Source: an uncultured Gammaproteobacteria bacterium (GTDB lineage: Bacteria > Pseudomonadota > Gammaproteobacteria > Arenicellales > JAANXG01). Taken from it: 64,000 bases of DNA. Each line of letters starts with the position of its first letter. Position 1 is the stretch's first letter. The notes under the pieces are model-generated. The model made no database searches. It was not told where the DNA came from and saw only the letters and a list, made by a program, of their open reading frames with translations. The stretch spans positions 8,915 through 72,914 of the forward strand of contig CAMYMN010000015.1 in the NCBI GenBank assembly GCA_947259395.1. The letters are read 5' to 3'. Position numbers and translations under genes: made by a program. This document shows positions 51,243-59,961 of the stretch, piece by piece.

Positions 51243-53561
51243 GGACTGTTTAACGGTCTTTTTCTTCTTCTTTTTCTTCTTACGACGCTCGGGCGCCGCT
51301 TTGATAAGCTCCGTGCACTGCTCTAAAGTCAGGTCTTCCGGTTCAATATTTTTCGGGATTCTGGCATTCTTTTTTCCATTGGTGATATATGGCCCGTATC
51401 TGCCACGCAGGACCTGGATGTCGGTGCCATCAAAACACTTGATGGTTCGATTGGCATCAGCGACTTTCTTCTCTGCCACTAGTTCTAGTGCGCGTTCCAG
51501 AGTAATTGTGTATGGATCGTCATCTTTAATGGCCACGAATTTATTTTCGTACCGCACATAAGGACCATAACGGCCGATATTTACTGAGATCTTTTCGCCT
51601 TCGGGGCTGACCCCCAAGTCACGCGGGAGCTTGAACAATTCAAACGCCTCTTCCAGAGTGATCGTATCCATTTTTTGTCCTGGTCGAAGGCCGGCAAACC
51701 GCGGTTTTTCCTCATCGTCTCGAGTGCCGATTTGTACGAATGGTCCAAACCGGCCCATACGCACGCTTACTGGTTTACCGCTCTTGGGGTCGGTGCCCAA
51801 CTGGCGTGCCTGGGCGACTTCCTCCCTGGACACGTGTTCTTTTTCATCGACCCGTGTCTTAAACGACTCCCAGAAATCCCGCATGATGTCGACCCAGTCC
51901 TGCTCGCCACGGGAAACGGAGTCCAATTGGTCTTCCAATCGCGCGGTGAAATTGTAGTCTACGTATTGGGAAAACTGAGTGGATAGAAAATTATTCACCA
52001 CACGGCCCATATCGGTAGCGAAAAATCTTCGGTTTTCCAAGGTGACGTATTCACGCTGTAGCAGCGTCGAAATAATAGTTGCATAGGTCGATGGACGGCC
52101 GATCCCATGCGTTTCGAGTGTCTTGACTAGACTCGCCTCCGAATAGCGTGGAGGTGGTTCGGTAAAATGTTGTTCTTTGCGAAGCTCACTGATCGCGACG
52201 CGATCGTCCTGTTTGAGCGGAGGTAGCAGCTTTTGATTGTCGTCTTTTTCTTTTATGTCATCGCTGCTTTCTTGATAAACGGTCATGAAGCCTGGTTTGC
52301 TAATTGTTGATCCGGTGGCACGGAATATGTTGCCGGACCCCGCTTCCATATCCACCGCGACGGTATCTAATACCGCATGAATCATTTGACACGCAACCGT
52401 TCGTGTCCAAATCAGCTGATATAACTTAAATTGTTCATCGCTCAGAGCACCTTTGATGCTTTCGGGGGTGCGTACGACCGAGGTTGGACGGATGGCCTCA
52501 TGGGCCTCTTGCGCATTCTTGGATTTGTTTTTGTACGCCTGGGGATTAGCCGGCAGGTTCTCATCACCATAGCGCTGGTTGATGAATTCCCGCAACTCAT
52601 TGACAGCTTCTGCAGCCAGATTTACCGAATCGGTTCGCATATAACTGATTAAACCGATGCTCGTTCCTTCGATGTCAATTCCCTCATATAGTTGTTGCGC
52701 GACGCGCATGGTCCGCTGTGTGGTGAAACCAAGTTTTCGCGCCGCTTCCTGCTGTAAGGTAGATGTGATAAACGGGGGTGAGGGATTGCGCTTACGCTGT
52801 TTCTTATCGACTTTGGTTACCAGCAGCGTACCTTGAGCATTACTGATCAATTGTTGTTGTACTTCCTCGGCGCGGGCTTCATTGGTGATCGAGAACCGCT
52901 CTAGTTTGTCACCCTTGAAATGGGTCAACTTAGCGGAAAACGCCTGCTTGTCAGCATTTAGATCTGCCTCCAGCGTCCAGTACTCCTTGGCCACAAACTT
53001 ATCGATTTCCTCTTCTCGTTCCACAATTAGGCGCAACGCGGGGCTTTGTACGCGCCCTGCCGACAGGCCGGGACTGATCTTTTTCCAAAGCAACGGCGAT
53101 AAATTAAAACCTACAAGATAATCCAACGCACGCCTTGCCTGTTGAGCATGAATTAGACTTTGGGAAAGCGCCCTGGGGTGAGACACGGCGTGTTGTATCG
53201 CGCGTTTTGTGAATTCGTAGAACTCCACCCTGTGTACTTGCTTGCCATCCAAAACACTTCGTTCCTTGAGAATCTCATACAGATGCCAAGATATCGCTTC
53301 ACCTTCGCGATCCGGATCAGTAGCCAAATACAGGGCATTCGAATTTTTTAATGCCTTTGCTATCGCATCAACGTGCTTTTTGTTGCGCTCGATTAGTTCG
53401 TAGTTCATCTCGAAGTCGTGATCGGGATTCACCGCGCCACTTTTCGGTGTCAGATCGCGAACGTGACCATACGATGCCATAGCCTGAAAATCATCACCGA
53501 GATATTTGGTGATTGTTCTGGCCTTGGCGGGTGATTCAACGACAATCAGATTTTTAGGCAT
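51228..53561 (-). CDS. topA: DNA topoisomerase I (Cys-less C-terminal repeat type, poly-Lys tail)
   Basis: From ATG 53561: MPKNLIVVESPAKA (Toprim). Active-site Tyr context ISYMRTDS. Three GR(F/Y)GP(F/Y) C-terminal repeats. Tail RRKKKKKKKK. GTG 53591 is the longer alternative start. Confidence 0.95.
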   Translation of the reverse strand: MPKNLIVVESPAKARTITKYLGDDFQAMASYGHVRDLTPKSGAVNPDHDFEMNYELIERNKKHVDAIAKALKNSNALYLATDPDREGEAISWHLYEILKERSVLDGKQVHRVEFYEFTKRAIQHAVSHPRALSQSLIHAQQARRALDYLVGFNLSPLLWKKISPGLSAGRVQSPALRLIVEREEEIDKFVAKEYWTLEADLNADKQAFSAKLTHFKGDKLERFSITNEARAEEVQQQLISNAQGTLLVTKVDKKQRKRNPSPPFITSTLQQEAARKLGFTTQRTMRVAQQLYEGIDIEGTSIGLISYMRTDSVNLAAEAVNELREFINQRYGDENLPANPQAYKNKSKNAQEAHEAIRPTSVVRTPESIKGALSDEQFKLYQLIWTRTVACQMIHAVLDTVAVDMEAGSGNIFRATGSTISKPGFMTVYQESSDDIKEKDDNQKLLPPLKQDDRVAISELRKEQHFTEPPPRYSEASLVKTLETHGIGRPSTYATIISTLLQREYVTLENRRFFATDMGRVVNNFLSTQFSQYVDYNFTARLEDQLDSVSRGEQDWVDIMRDFWESFKTRVDEKEHVSREEVAQARQLGTDPKSGKPVSVRMGRFGPFVQIGTRDDEEKPRFAGLRPGQKMDTITLEEAFELFKLPRDLGVSPEGEKISVNIGRYGPYVRYENKFVAIKDDDPYTITLERALELVAEKKVADANRTIKCFDGTDIQVLRGRYGPYITNGKKNARIPKNIEPEDLTLEQCTELIKAAPERRKKKKKKKKTVKQSSTQV

Positions 53562-53665
53562 GTCACGTTGGCTGGACTGGCCGCGTCTCACAACGGCAAT
53601 ATTTGGTACTGCTGAAAATCATAGACTGTTTTTACGCGTGGAGACAGAAATCCCCCGGGTATTTA

Positions 53666-54148
53666 TTATTGCAGTTTCGCATTAACACCATTCAAGACCA
53701 CATCCTCCATCCATGCATATATGGCTCCCTGTCCCGGCTGATTACACAACACCATCATTGTGACCCACTTAATGTGATTCAAGTCAATCTCTTCCACCTC
53801 CAACGCCATGACTCGATCGATTATCACCTCGCGGGTCGGCGCATCCAATACGCCGGACTGCTCTAAGGATAATAGAAATCCCCTTATTTCCGCGTTTAGT
53901 CGACGCATCTCTTCCGCTGCGTAATGGCGAATGGATTTTTTGCCGATACTCATCGACGGCGGATATTCAGGATCACACATATCGGAAAGGTCCTGCAACC
54001 AGTCAAAAGCCTTATTGATGTCGCGATGCTCAAAACCAGCCTGGAATAGTTCCGCAGTCAATGATTGATGATCCTGCTGCAACTCCGGCTCCTCAACCAT
54101 GTAGTTTTCGAACAAATACATAAGAACGTCTAGCACGTTTTCTTTCAT
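53666..54148 (-). CDS. smg: Smg (DUF494) protein
   Basis: 160 aa. N-terminus ...VLDVLMYLFENYM is typical of Smg. It sits in the conserved position between dprA and topA. Confidence 0.9.
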   Translation of the reverse strand: MKENVLDVLMYLFENYMVEEPELQQDHQSLTAELFQAGFEHRDINKAFDWLQDLSDMCDPEYPPSMSIGKKSIRHYAAEEMRRLNAEIRGFLLSLEQSGVLDAPTREVIIDRVMALEVEEIDLNHIKWVTMMVLCNQPGQGAIYAWMEDVVLNGVNAKLQ

Positions 54149-54157
54149 CGGTACGCC

Positions 54158-55249
54158 TTAGCGTTTGGTTTCTGGAACTCGGACATATCCTCCGCCGGCG
54201 AACGACTCGACCCACCCGTTGATTTCCATCTGTAACAGCATGGAGCAAACCGAGTCCGTCGTCAATCCACTCCGGGCAGCCAAAATATCAACGGTGACCG
54301 GTTCATAGCCCATGCATACGAGTAAATCTTCATATGGTCCCCAATCGAGTTCCGTTTGGTGATGTGAAATATTATTAGACCGATTATCCAATGGCAGCTC
54401 TTCCAGCACATGCTCCAGGCGGTCAACGAGCTTCGCACCCTGCCGAATCAGCTCGTGACATCCCCAAGACAGTGGCGACTGGATAGGCCCCGGTATCGCG
54501 AATACTTCACGGTTCTGCTCGACTGCCAGCCGCGCGGTGATCAGTGACCCGCTCCTGCGGTTTGCCTCTACCACTACCGTACCCAGCGACAGTCCACTGA
54601 TAATTCGATTCCTTTGTGGAAAGTGCTCCCGCCGCGGTGCTGTTCCAACCGCAAACTCAGAAACCAAAGCGCCACGTCCCGAGATCTGCGATGCAAGTTT
54701 ACGGTGCCGGCGAGGATAGACTTCATTCAAACCGTGGGCCGCGACGGCAATGGTGTTGCCGTGTCCGTCGATAGCACCATTATGAGCCGCGGCGTCAATA
54801 CCCAGCGCCAATCCACTGGTAACCGTGATTCCGCACCCAGCCAGACCTGACGCCAGGGTCATGGCAATGCGGCGTCCGTAGGGCGTAGCGTTGCGGCTGC
54901 CGACGATCGATACCTGTGGTGCGTTTAAAGCGTCGGCATCACCGCGAACATATAATAACAACGGCGGATCTGCGATCTGTTTGAGGAGTTTGGGAAAACG
55001 GGGATCGCTCCAGATCAGTATGTGATGGCGGGGATGATTCGCCCACTCAAGATCGCGATCGATATCGTACCGGTAACATCGCGATGTGCGAGAAGAGTTA
55101 TTCGGCCGCAGCTGCCCAGATTCAAGTACGCCCTTAGGGGTGTGGAATCGGCGCAGTAGCGCGTGCTTGGTCTTCAGGCCAACACCTAAGATATGGTGCA
55201 ATTGTATCCATGGCCTCAAGCGTTCTGTTGATCGCTCATCCTTGAGCAT
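54158..55249 (-). CDS. dprA: DNA-processing protein DprA (Smf)
   Basis: 363 aa. Rossmann-like core GLALGIDAAAHNGAI...TIAVAAHGLNEVYPRRHRKLA and a C-terminal winged-helix-like region. Confidence 0.9.
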   Translation of the reverse strand: MLKDERSTERLRPWIQLHHILGVGLKTKHALLRRFHTPKGVLESGQLRPNNSSRTSRCYRYDIDRDLEWANHPRHHILIWSDPRFPKLLKQIADPPLLLYVRGDADALNAPQVSIVGSRNATPYGRRIAMTLASGLAGCGITVTSGLALGIDAAAHNGAIDGHGNTIAVAAHGLNEVYPRRHRKLASQISGRGALVSEFAVGTAPRREHFPQRNRIISGLSLGTVVVEANRRSGSLITARLAVEQNREVFAIPGPIQSPLSWGCHELIRQGAKLVDRLEHVLEELPLDNRSNNISHHQTELDWGPYEDLLVCMGYEPVTVDILAARSGLTTDSVCSMLLQMEINGWVESFAGGGYVRVPETKR

Positions 55250-55282
55250 GTTGAGTCTCCTCCCCGATCTAAAGTGAAGCCG

Positions 55283-56317
55283 TTATGGAGTCTCCACCAC
55301 GTCGAGCACGTGTATCGGTCGCACGGCTTTCATTACCAACGCGTAACTTACCTTTTCGAACGCGCGAAATACCATCAGCAGGCCCGATTCCTCCTTCGGG
55401 ATTCTGAATGTCTCGCGGGTCACCGGATCATGCGCCAGTCCGGCGTCACGCAGAATGCGCAACACATGGCCCGGTTCAACGTTCTCCCGCGTGCCAATAC
55501 TTATCACTACCACTGACAGAGGACCGACTTCCGCGACCCCCCCTGGCGCGTCAATGATGAAACCACTCACGTCATACTCCGGCGCGCTCGGGGTAAAGTA
55601 GGGTAAACCGATGTCATCCGGGGCCGGAATCACTCGATCGCCGGGACTAACTTCGCCGTGGGATCGGACTACCTCCATCCTGGCGGTCTCGCCTGGCGTG
55701 AGCATCCGTGCGTCACCCACATGGGTCGCTTGCTGTCCTAGAAATTCACCGGTCACGGGTTCGATGAATCTTTTCCCAGCCCTGAGGATACGATAGAACT
55801 TGGCGTCGCTCTCTGGCAGTCCGCGGGCGTACAGTACGCTGTACGCACCCATCGCGATCTTGCCATCCGAACCAATCGCTACATGGCCGGCATCCCTCAA
55901 TCCATCTTTTTGGACGATCAAAGGTGAGCTCAAGAACGGCTGGATGGCGCTGGGTGGGATGGTGGGAATGGCTGCCTCCAGCGGTTCTGCATAGATGGCT
56001 GGTGACAGTTTGACCACCTTGCGACGCAGGACCTTTAACTCTGGCGAACCGTCCACCATATTCATAACCAGCACGTCGCCTGGGTAGATGAGGTGTGGAT
56101 TCTTTATCGCGGTGTTTCGCTGCCAGATTTCGGGCCAGCGCCAGGGATCTTTTAAAAATCGCGCTGCGATTTCCCACAATGTGTCGCCCTGCTGCACGGT
56201 ATAGCGTTTCGGGTGGTCGGGCCGAAGTTCAGGTAAGTGGGTGGCCGCCCAACTGGAAATACACGACGTGAGCAGGAAAACGAACACGACGCGCGGGATG
56301 TAAGCACGATAAGCCAT
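55283..56317 (-). CDS. LysM peptidoglycan-binding protein, TsaP-like (type IV pilus secretin-associated protein family)
   Basis: Signal peptide, then a LysM domain (YTVQQGDTLWEIAARFLKDPWRWPEIW). It occupies the dprA-def intergenic position, the same as the TsaP homologue (PA0020) in Pseudomonas as I recall it. Confidence 0.75.
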   Translation of the reverse strand: MAYRAYIPRVVFVFLLTSCISSWAATHLPELRPDHPKRYTVQQGDTLWEIAARFLKDPWRWPEIWQRNTAIKNPHLIYPGDVLVMNMVDGSPELKVLRRKVVKLSPAIYAEPLEAAIPTIPPSAIQPFLSSPLIVQKDGLRDAGHVAIGSDGKIAMGAYSVLYARGLPESDAKFYRILRAGKRFIEPVTGEFLGQQATHVGDARMLTPGETARMEVVRSHGEVSPGDRVIPAPDDIGLPYFTPSAPEYDVSGFIIDAPGGVAEVGPLSVVVISIGTRENVEPGHVLRILRDAGLAHDPVTRETFRIPKEESGLLMVFRAFEKVSYALVMKAVRPIHVLDVVETP

Positions 56318-56496
56318 GGCGGTTTTATACTTTGGGTGGTGTAATGACGGGTATCATTTTGTATTGAAACAGGCGCCTAGTGCGAGTCTAGCCGATCTAT
56401 GTGGTAACGCCAATGTAAAACGTCTTTTTATTCAGTATCATCCAGAAAAATAGTAGAATATCCATTAAGTTACAACACCTCGCGAATCATTCTTGC

Positions 56497-57033
56497 ATGG
56501 CTGTGTTAGATATTTTGGTTTACCCGGATCCGCGGTTACGTGACATAGCGGAGCCTGTTGTTCGCGTGGATGACAACACCCGCAAGCTGGTGGACGACAT
56601 GGCGGAGACGATGTACGAGGCCCCGGGTATCGGGCTGGCCGCGATACAAGTGGGCGTCCCGAAGCGCGTGATCATCATCGATCTTTCTAAGGACCAAAGT
56701 GAATTGCAGGTGTTCATAAACCCGCAGATCGTTGAGCGCGACGGTACTCAGGAGATCGAAGAGGGTTGCCTATCGGTACCTGATGTGTTCGCGCCGGTGC
56801 AGCGTGCCGAGGCGATATTGGTCAGGGCGCTGAACCGTGACGGTGATCGATTTGAAATGCGCGCCGAAGGGCTTTTGAGTGTCTGCATCCAACATGAGAT
56901 TGATCACCTCGACGGGAAGGTCTTCGTAGATTATTTATCGCGCCTTAAGCAGGAGCGTATTCGCAAGCGCCTGCAGAAACAAACCAAACGGGCCGTGCAT
57001 CCGGCACCGGCACGGGACGCCGTGACACTTTAA
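56497..57033 (+). CDS. def: peptide deformylase
   Basis: Motifs [17 protein letters not shown] and QHEIDHLDG. Confidence 0.95.
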   Translation: MAVLDILVYPDPRLRDIAEPVVRVDDNTRKLVDDMAETMYEAPGIGLAAIQVGVPKRVIIIDLSKDQSELQVFINPQIVERDGTQEIEEGCLSVPDVFAPVQRAEAILVRALNRDGDRFEMRAEGLLSVCIQHEIDHLDGKVFVDYLSRLKQERIRKRLQKQTKRAVHPAPARDAVTL

Positions 57034-57075
57034 CACGGCGCTTTCACTCATACTGTTTTTCGGATTCTGATACGC

Positions 57076-58017
57076 ATGACGCTGCGAGTGGTCTTCGCCG
57101 GCACTCCCGAGTTTTCAATTCCGTGTTTGCGCGCGCTCCTCGATCACGAATTCGACGTGGTGGCTATATTGACACAGCCTGATCGACCCGCTGGTAGGGG
57201 TCGACGGATGACACCATCACCGGTCAAACAGCTGGCAGCGCAACGGGGTATACGGGTGTACCAGCCCGTCACCTTGAAAGGGCAAGCTCCACTGCTTCAA
57301 TCCATGGATTGTAACGTGATGATCGTAGTCGCTTACGGTTTGTTGTTGCCGATGGAAATACTCACAGTGCCTGCATTGGGCTGTGTAAACGTGCATGCCT
57401 CTCTACTACCGCGTTGGCGCGGGGCGGCACCGATCCCGCGCGCCATCGAGGCGGGTGACGCAGTGACCGGCGTAACCATCATGCTGATGGAGCAAGGATT
57501 GGATACCGGACCGATCCTGTCCGTGCGTGAGACGCCAATCAGCGATGACGACACTACGGGGACGGTTCACGATCGTCTGGCGCAGCTTGGTGCGGATTTG
57601 TTGATCGACACTTTGCCACGCTGGGAAAACAAAGAGATCGAACCAGTACCCCAGGATTCAACTCGGGCAACGCTGGCGCCGAAATTAAAAAAACATGAAA
57701 GCGGCATTGACTGGCACCGTTTAACGCTAGAGACTCGGCGCAAGATCAAGGCACTCAATCCATGGCCGGTGGCGCAAACTCGACTGCGAGGACAGCGCAT
57801 CCGACTTTGGGATGCTGTTGTCGGAGATAGGCGGGTTGACGAAACACCTGGCACCATTACGCATATTGACGAACAGGGGATCTCGGTGCAATGCGGTGAC
57901 GGTAATTTGGTCATTACGGAGTTGCAGCGCGAAGGTGGGAGCCGTCTTGGCGCGGCGGACTTTGTCAACGGATTCCCGATGGACATCGGTGAGCGTTTTG
58001 ATGATGTCTATGACTAA
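57076..58017 (+). CDS. fmt: methionyl-tRNA formyltransferase
   Basis: 313 aa. MTLRVVFAGTPEF and HASLLPRWRGAAPI. Confidence 0.95.
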   Translation: MTLRVVFAGTPEFSIPCLRALLDHEFDVVAILTQPDRPAGRGRRMTPSPVKQLAAQRGIRVYQPVTLKGQAPLLQSMDCNVMIVVAYGLLLPMEILTVPALGCVNVHASLLPRWRGAAPIPRAIEAGDAVTGVTIMLMEQGLDTGPILSVRETPISDDDTTGTVHDRLAQLGADLLIDTLPRWENKEIEPVPQDSTRATLAPKLKKHESGIDWHRLTLETRRKIKALNPWPVAQTRLRGQRIRLWDAVVGDRRVDETPGTITHIDEQGISVQCGDGNLVITELQREGGSRLGAADFVNGFPMDIGERFDDVYD

Positions 58018-59359
58018 TAGCGCACTTGTTAAGGCAGAGAGCCAGCCGGCACCCGCACAACTACGCCTGTGGGCAGCCCGCACGGCTGGTGTGGTGATCG
58101 ACGGTGGCCGATCGAGCGACGATGCAATCTCCGAAGTTTCGTTCACGAATTCCTGCTCTGGCCGTGATCAGGCCTTGGTCAAGGAGATGGCGATGGGCGT
58201 TATACGCTGGTATTGGACACTGGAGGAAATCTTGCAACGATTACTCAAGACGCGTATCCGCAACAAAGATCGAGATATTTTCTTTTTGCTGATGATCGGT
58301 GTGTATCAGCTCAAGTTCATGCGTATACCAGCCCACGCCGCGGTTGACGCCACGGTTCAGGCCTGTGAGCCGGCAGCAAAGCCTTGGGCCAAGCGCCTGG
58401 TCAATGGCGTATTACGAAATTACGCACGCCACTCGACGGATATCGATCGACAGCTTACCAGCGATGCGGCCCGTTTCGCGCATCCGGATTGGATACGCGC
58501 GCGTGTGGTTGCCGCATGGCCACAACAGTGGAAACTGATTCTTGATGCCAATAATGCCCGTGCACCAATGTGTCTACGGGTCAATGTTGGCCGCATTGGG
58601 CGACATGACTATCTTGCTGAGTTACAAAAAGCCGGGATTGGAGCAGTTATCGATCCCCACGTGGCGACCGGATTGATAGTACATAAACCAGTGGCAGTGG
58701 AATCGCTGCCCGGGTTCTTCAAAGGATGGGCCTCGGTGCAGGATACGGCGGCGCAACTCGTGGTACCGGCACTCAACTTACAGCCGGGTCACCGCGTGTT
58801 GGATGCATGCGCGTCGCCGGGAGGTAAGACTGCGCACATGCTAGAGTCGCAGCCTGAGCTGTCGGAAATAATTGCTGTCGACATCGACGGTGAGCGTGTT
58901 AAACGTCTACGCCAGACGCTCGACCGGCTGCAACTTACCGCGCAGTGCATCGCGGCGGATGTTACCCAAGTAGATGCTTGGTGGGATGGTGCGCCCTTCG
59001 ACCGAGTGTTGATCGATGCGCCGTGCAGCGGATCCGGGGTCATACGGCGCCATCCGGATATTAAGCATAATCGACAACCCGCGGATGTGGATGCTTTGTG
59101 CGAAGTCCAGGCACGCTTGTTGGAGTCACTGTGGCCGCTGGTAGCCCCCGGAGGCAGCCTTATGTACGTGACGTGTTCGGTGTTTGCGGAGGAAAATCAA
59201 GAACAGATCTGCGCATTCCTGGATCGCCATTCGGAGGCGATTGTTGAATCGCTAACCATGCAGGCGGGAGTCGACTGCGGGGTGGGCCGGCAGACTCTGC
59301 CGGGCATCCACGATATGGATGGTTTTTTCTTTTCTATGCTAAAACGCATTAGCGACTGA
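58010..59359 (+). CDS. rsmB: 16S rRNA (cytosine967-C5)-methyltransferase RsmB
   Basis: NusB-like N-terminal domain. SAM motif DACASPGGKT. Catalytic Cys motifs DAPCSGSG and YVTCS. Start chosen at ATG 58010 (58001 and 58004 are also possible). The ORF-track start 57812 lies inside fmt. Confidence 0.9.
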   Translation: MTNSALVKAESQPAPAQLRLWAARTAGVVIDGGRSSDDAISEVSFTNSCSGRDQALVKEMAMGVIRWYWTLEEILQRLLKTRIRNKDRDIFFLLMIGVYQLKFMRIPAHAAVDATVQACEPAAKPWAKRLVNGVLRNYARHSTDIDRQLTSDAARFAHPDWIRARVVAAWPQQWKLILDANNARAPMCLRVNVGRIGRHDYLAELQKAGIGAVIDPHVATGLIVHKPVAVESLPGFFKGWASVQDTAAQLVVPALNLQPGHRVLDACASPGGKTAHMLESQPELSEIIAVDIDGERVKRLRQTLDRLQLTAQCIAADVTQVDAWWDGAPFDRVLIDAPCSGSGVIRRHPDIKHNRQPADVDALCEVQARLLESLWPLVAPGGSLMYVTCSVFAEENQEQICAFLDRHSEAIVESLTMQAGVDCGVGRQTLPGIHDMDGFFFSMLKRISD

Positions 59360-59373
59360 GCCGAGAACTACAG

Positions 59374-59961
59374 ATGATGCGCAAACTGTTGGCGGTCACG
59401 TTCCTTGATTGCAGGGATTGTATCCTCGGCGTGTGTGTCGCGTTGGCGCTGATGTTGGGGATAGTTCCGGTTGCATTTGCCGAGTTCGCGGTGCGCAAGG
59501 TGGAAATCGAAAATGTTGAAGACCGACTGTTGGTATCGGCTGACGTAGATCTCGGCCTTACCAAAGAGGTCGAGGATGCGGTGAATAATGGCGTACCTTT
59601 GGAACTTTTGACAGAGTTTCGAATAATCCGAAGTGGTTTGCTGTGGGATGCAGATATCGATGAAATGAAAACCCGATCACGGTTGCGGTATCATGCGTTG
59701 TCGGATCATTACATCGTCGAAACCTCCACGTCTGAGGGCATTGAAATGTTTCGTTCAGTGGACGACGCGCTCAGGCGTATCGGCAGGTTACGAAATATCA
59801 CCCTTACGTTACCAAAGTCGCGCGCGAAAAGTAGCCATCAACTGGCGGTACGTAGCCGTCTGGATATTGACGCGTTGCCCGGTCCACTACGGCCAATGGC
59901 TTTTCTATCGTCGAATTGGCGCTTGAATAGCGACTGGACACACTGGAAGATCCTCCCGTGA
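59374..59961 (+). CDS. DUF4390 domain protein
   Basis: 195 aa, signal/anchor then a DUF4390-like body (...VSADVDLGLTKEVEDAVNNGVPL ... LRYHALSDHYIV). GTGA overlap with the downstream kinase gene. Confidence 0.7.
   Translation: MMRKLLAVTFLDCRDCILGVCVALALMLGIVPVAFAEFAVRKVEIENVEDRLLVSADVDLGLTKEVEDAVNNGVPLELLTEFRIIRSGLLWDADIDEMKTRSRLRYHALSDHYIVETSTSEGIEMFRSVDDALRRIGRLRNITLTLPKSRAKSSHQLAVRSRLDIDALPGPLRPMAFLSSNWRLNSDWTHWKILP

Noticed and set aside
51202-51561. 119-aa plus-strand ORF beginning with a poly-Phe run (FFFFFFFL)
   Set aside because: It is the antisense reading of the topA poly-Lys tail and C-terminal repeats, and is not an independent gene.
56448-56465. AAAATAGTAGAATATCC upstream of def, 11/12 identical to the cassette right arm
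   Set aside because: No left arm or dyad partner is present. It is adequately explained as an ordinary sigma-70 -10 region (TTCAGT-N17-TAGAAT, 38 nt upstream of the def ATG). It is kept only as a hint that TAGAAT-type -10 boxes are common here.
57812-58009. 66-codon upstream extension of rsmB
   Set aside because: It lies entirely within fmt in another frame. The RsmB homology (NusB-like domain) begins after the ATG cluster at 58001-58012.
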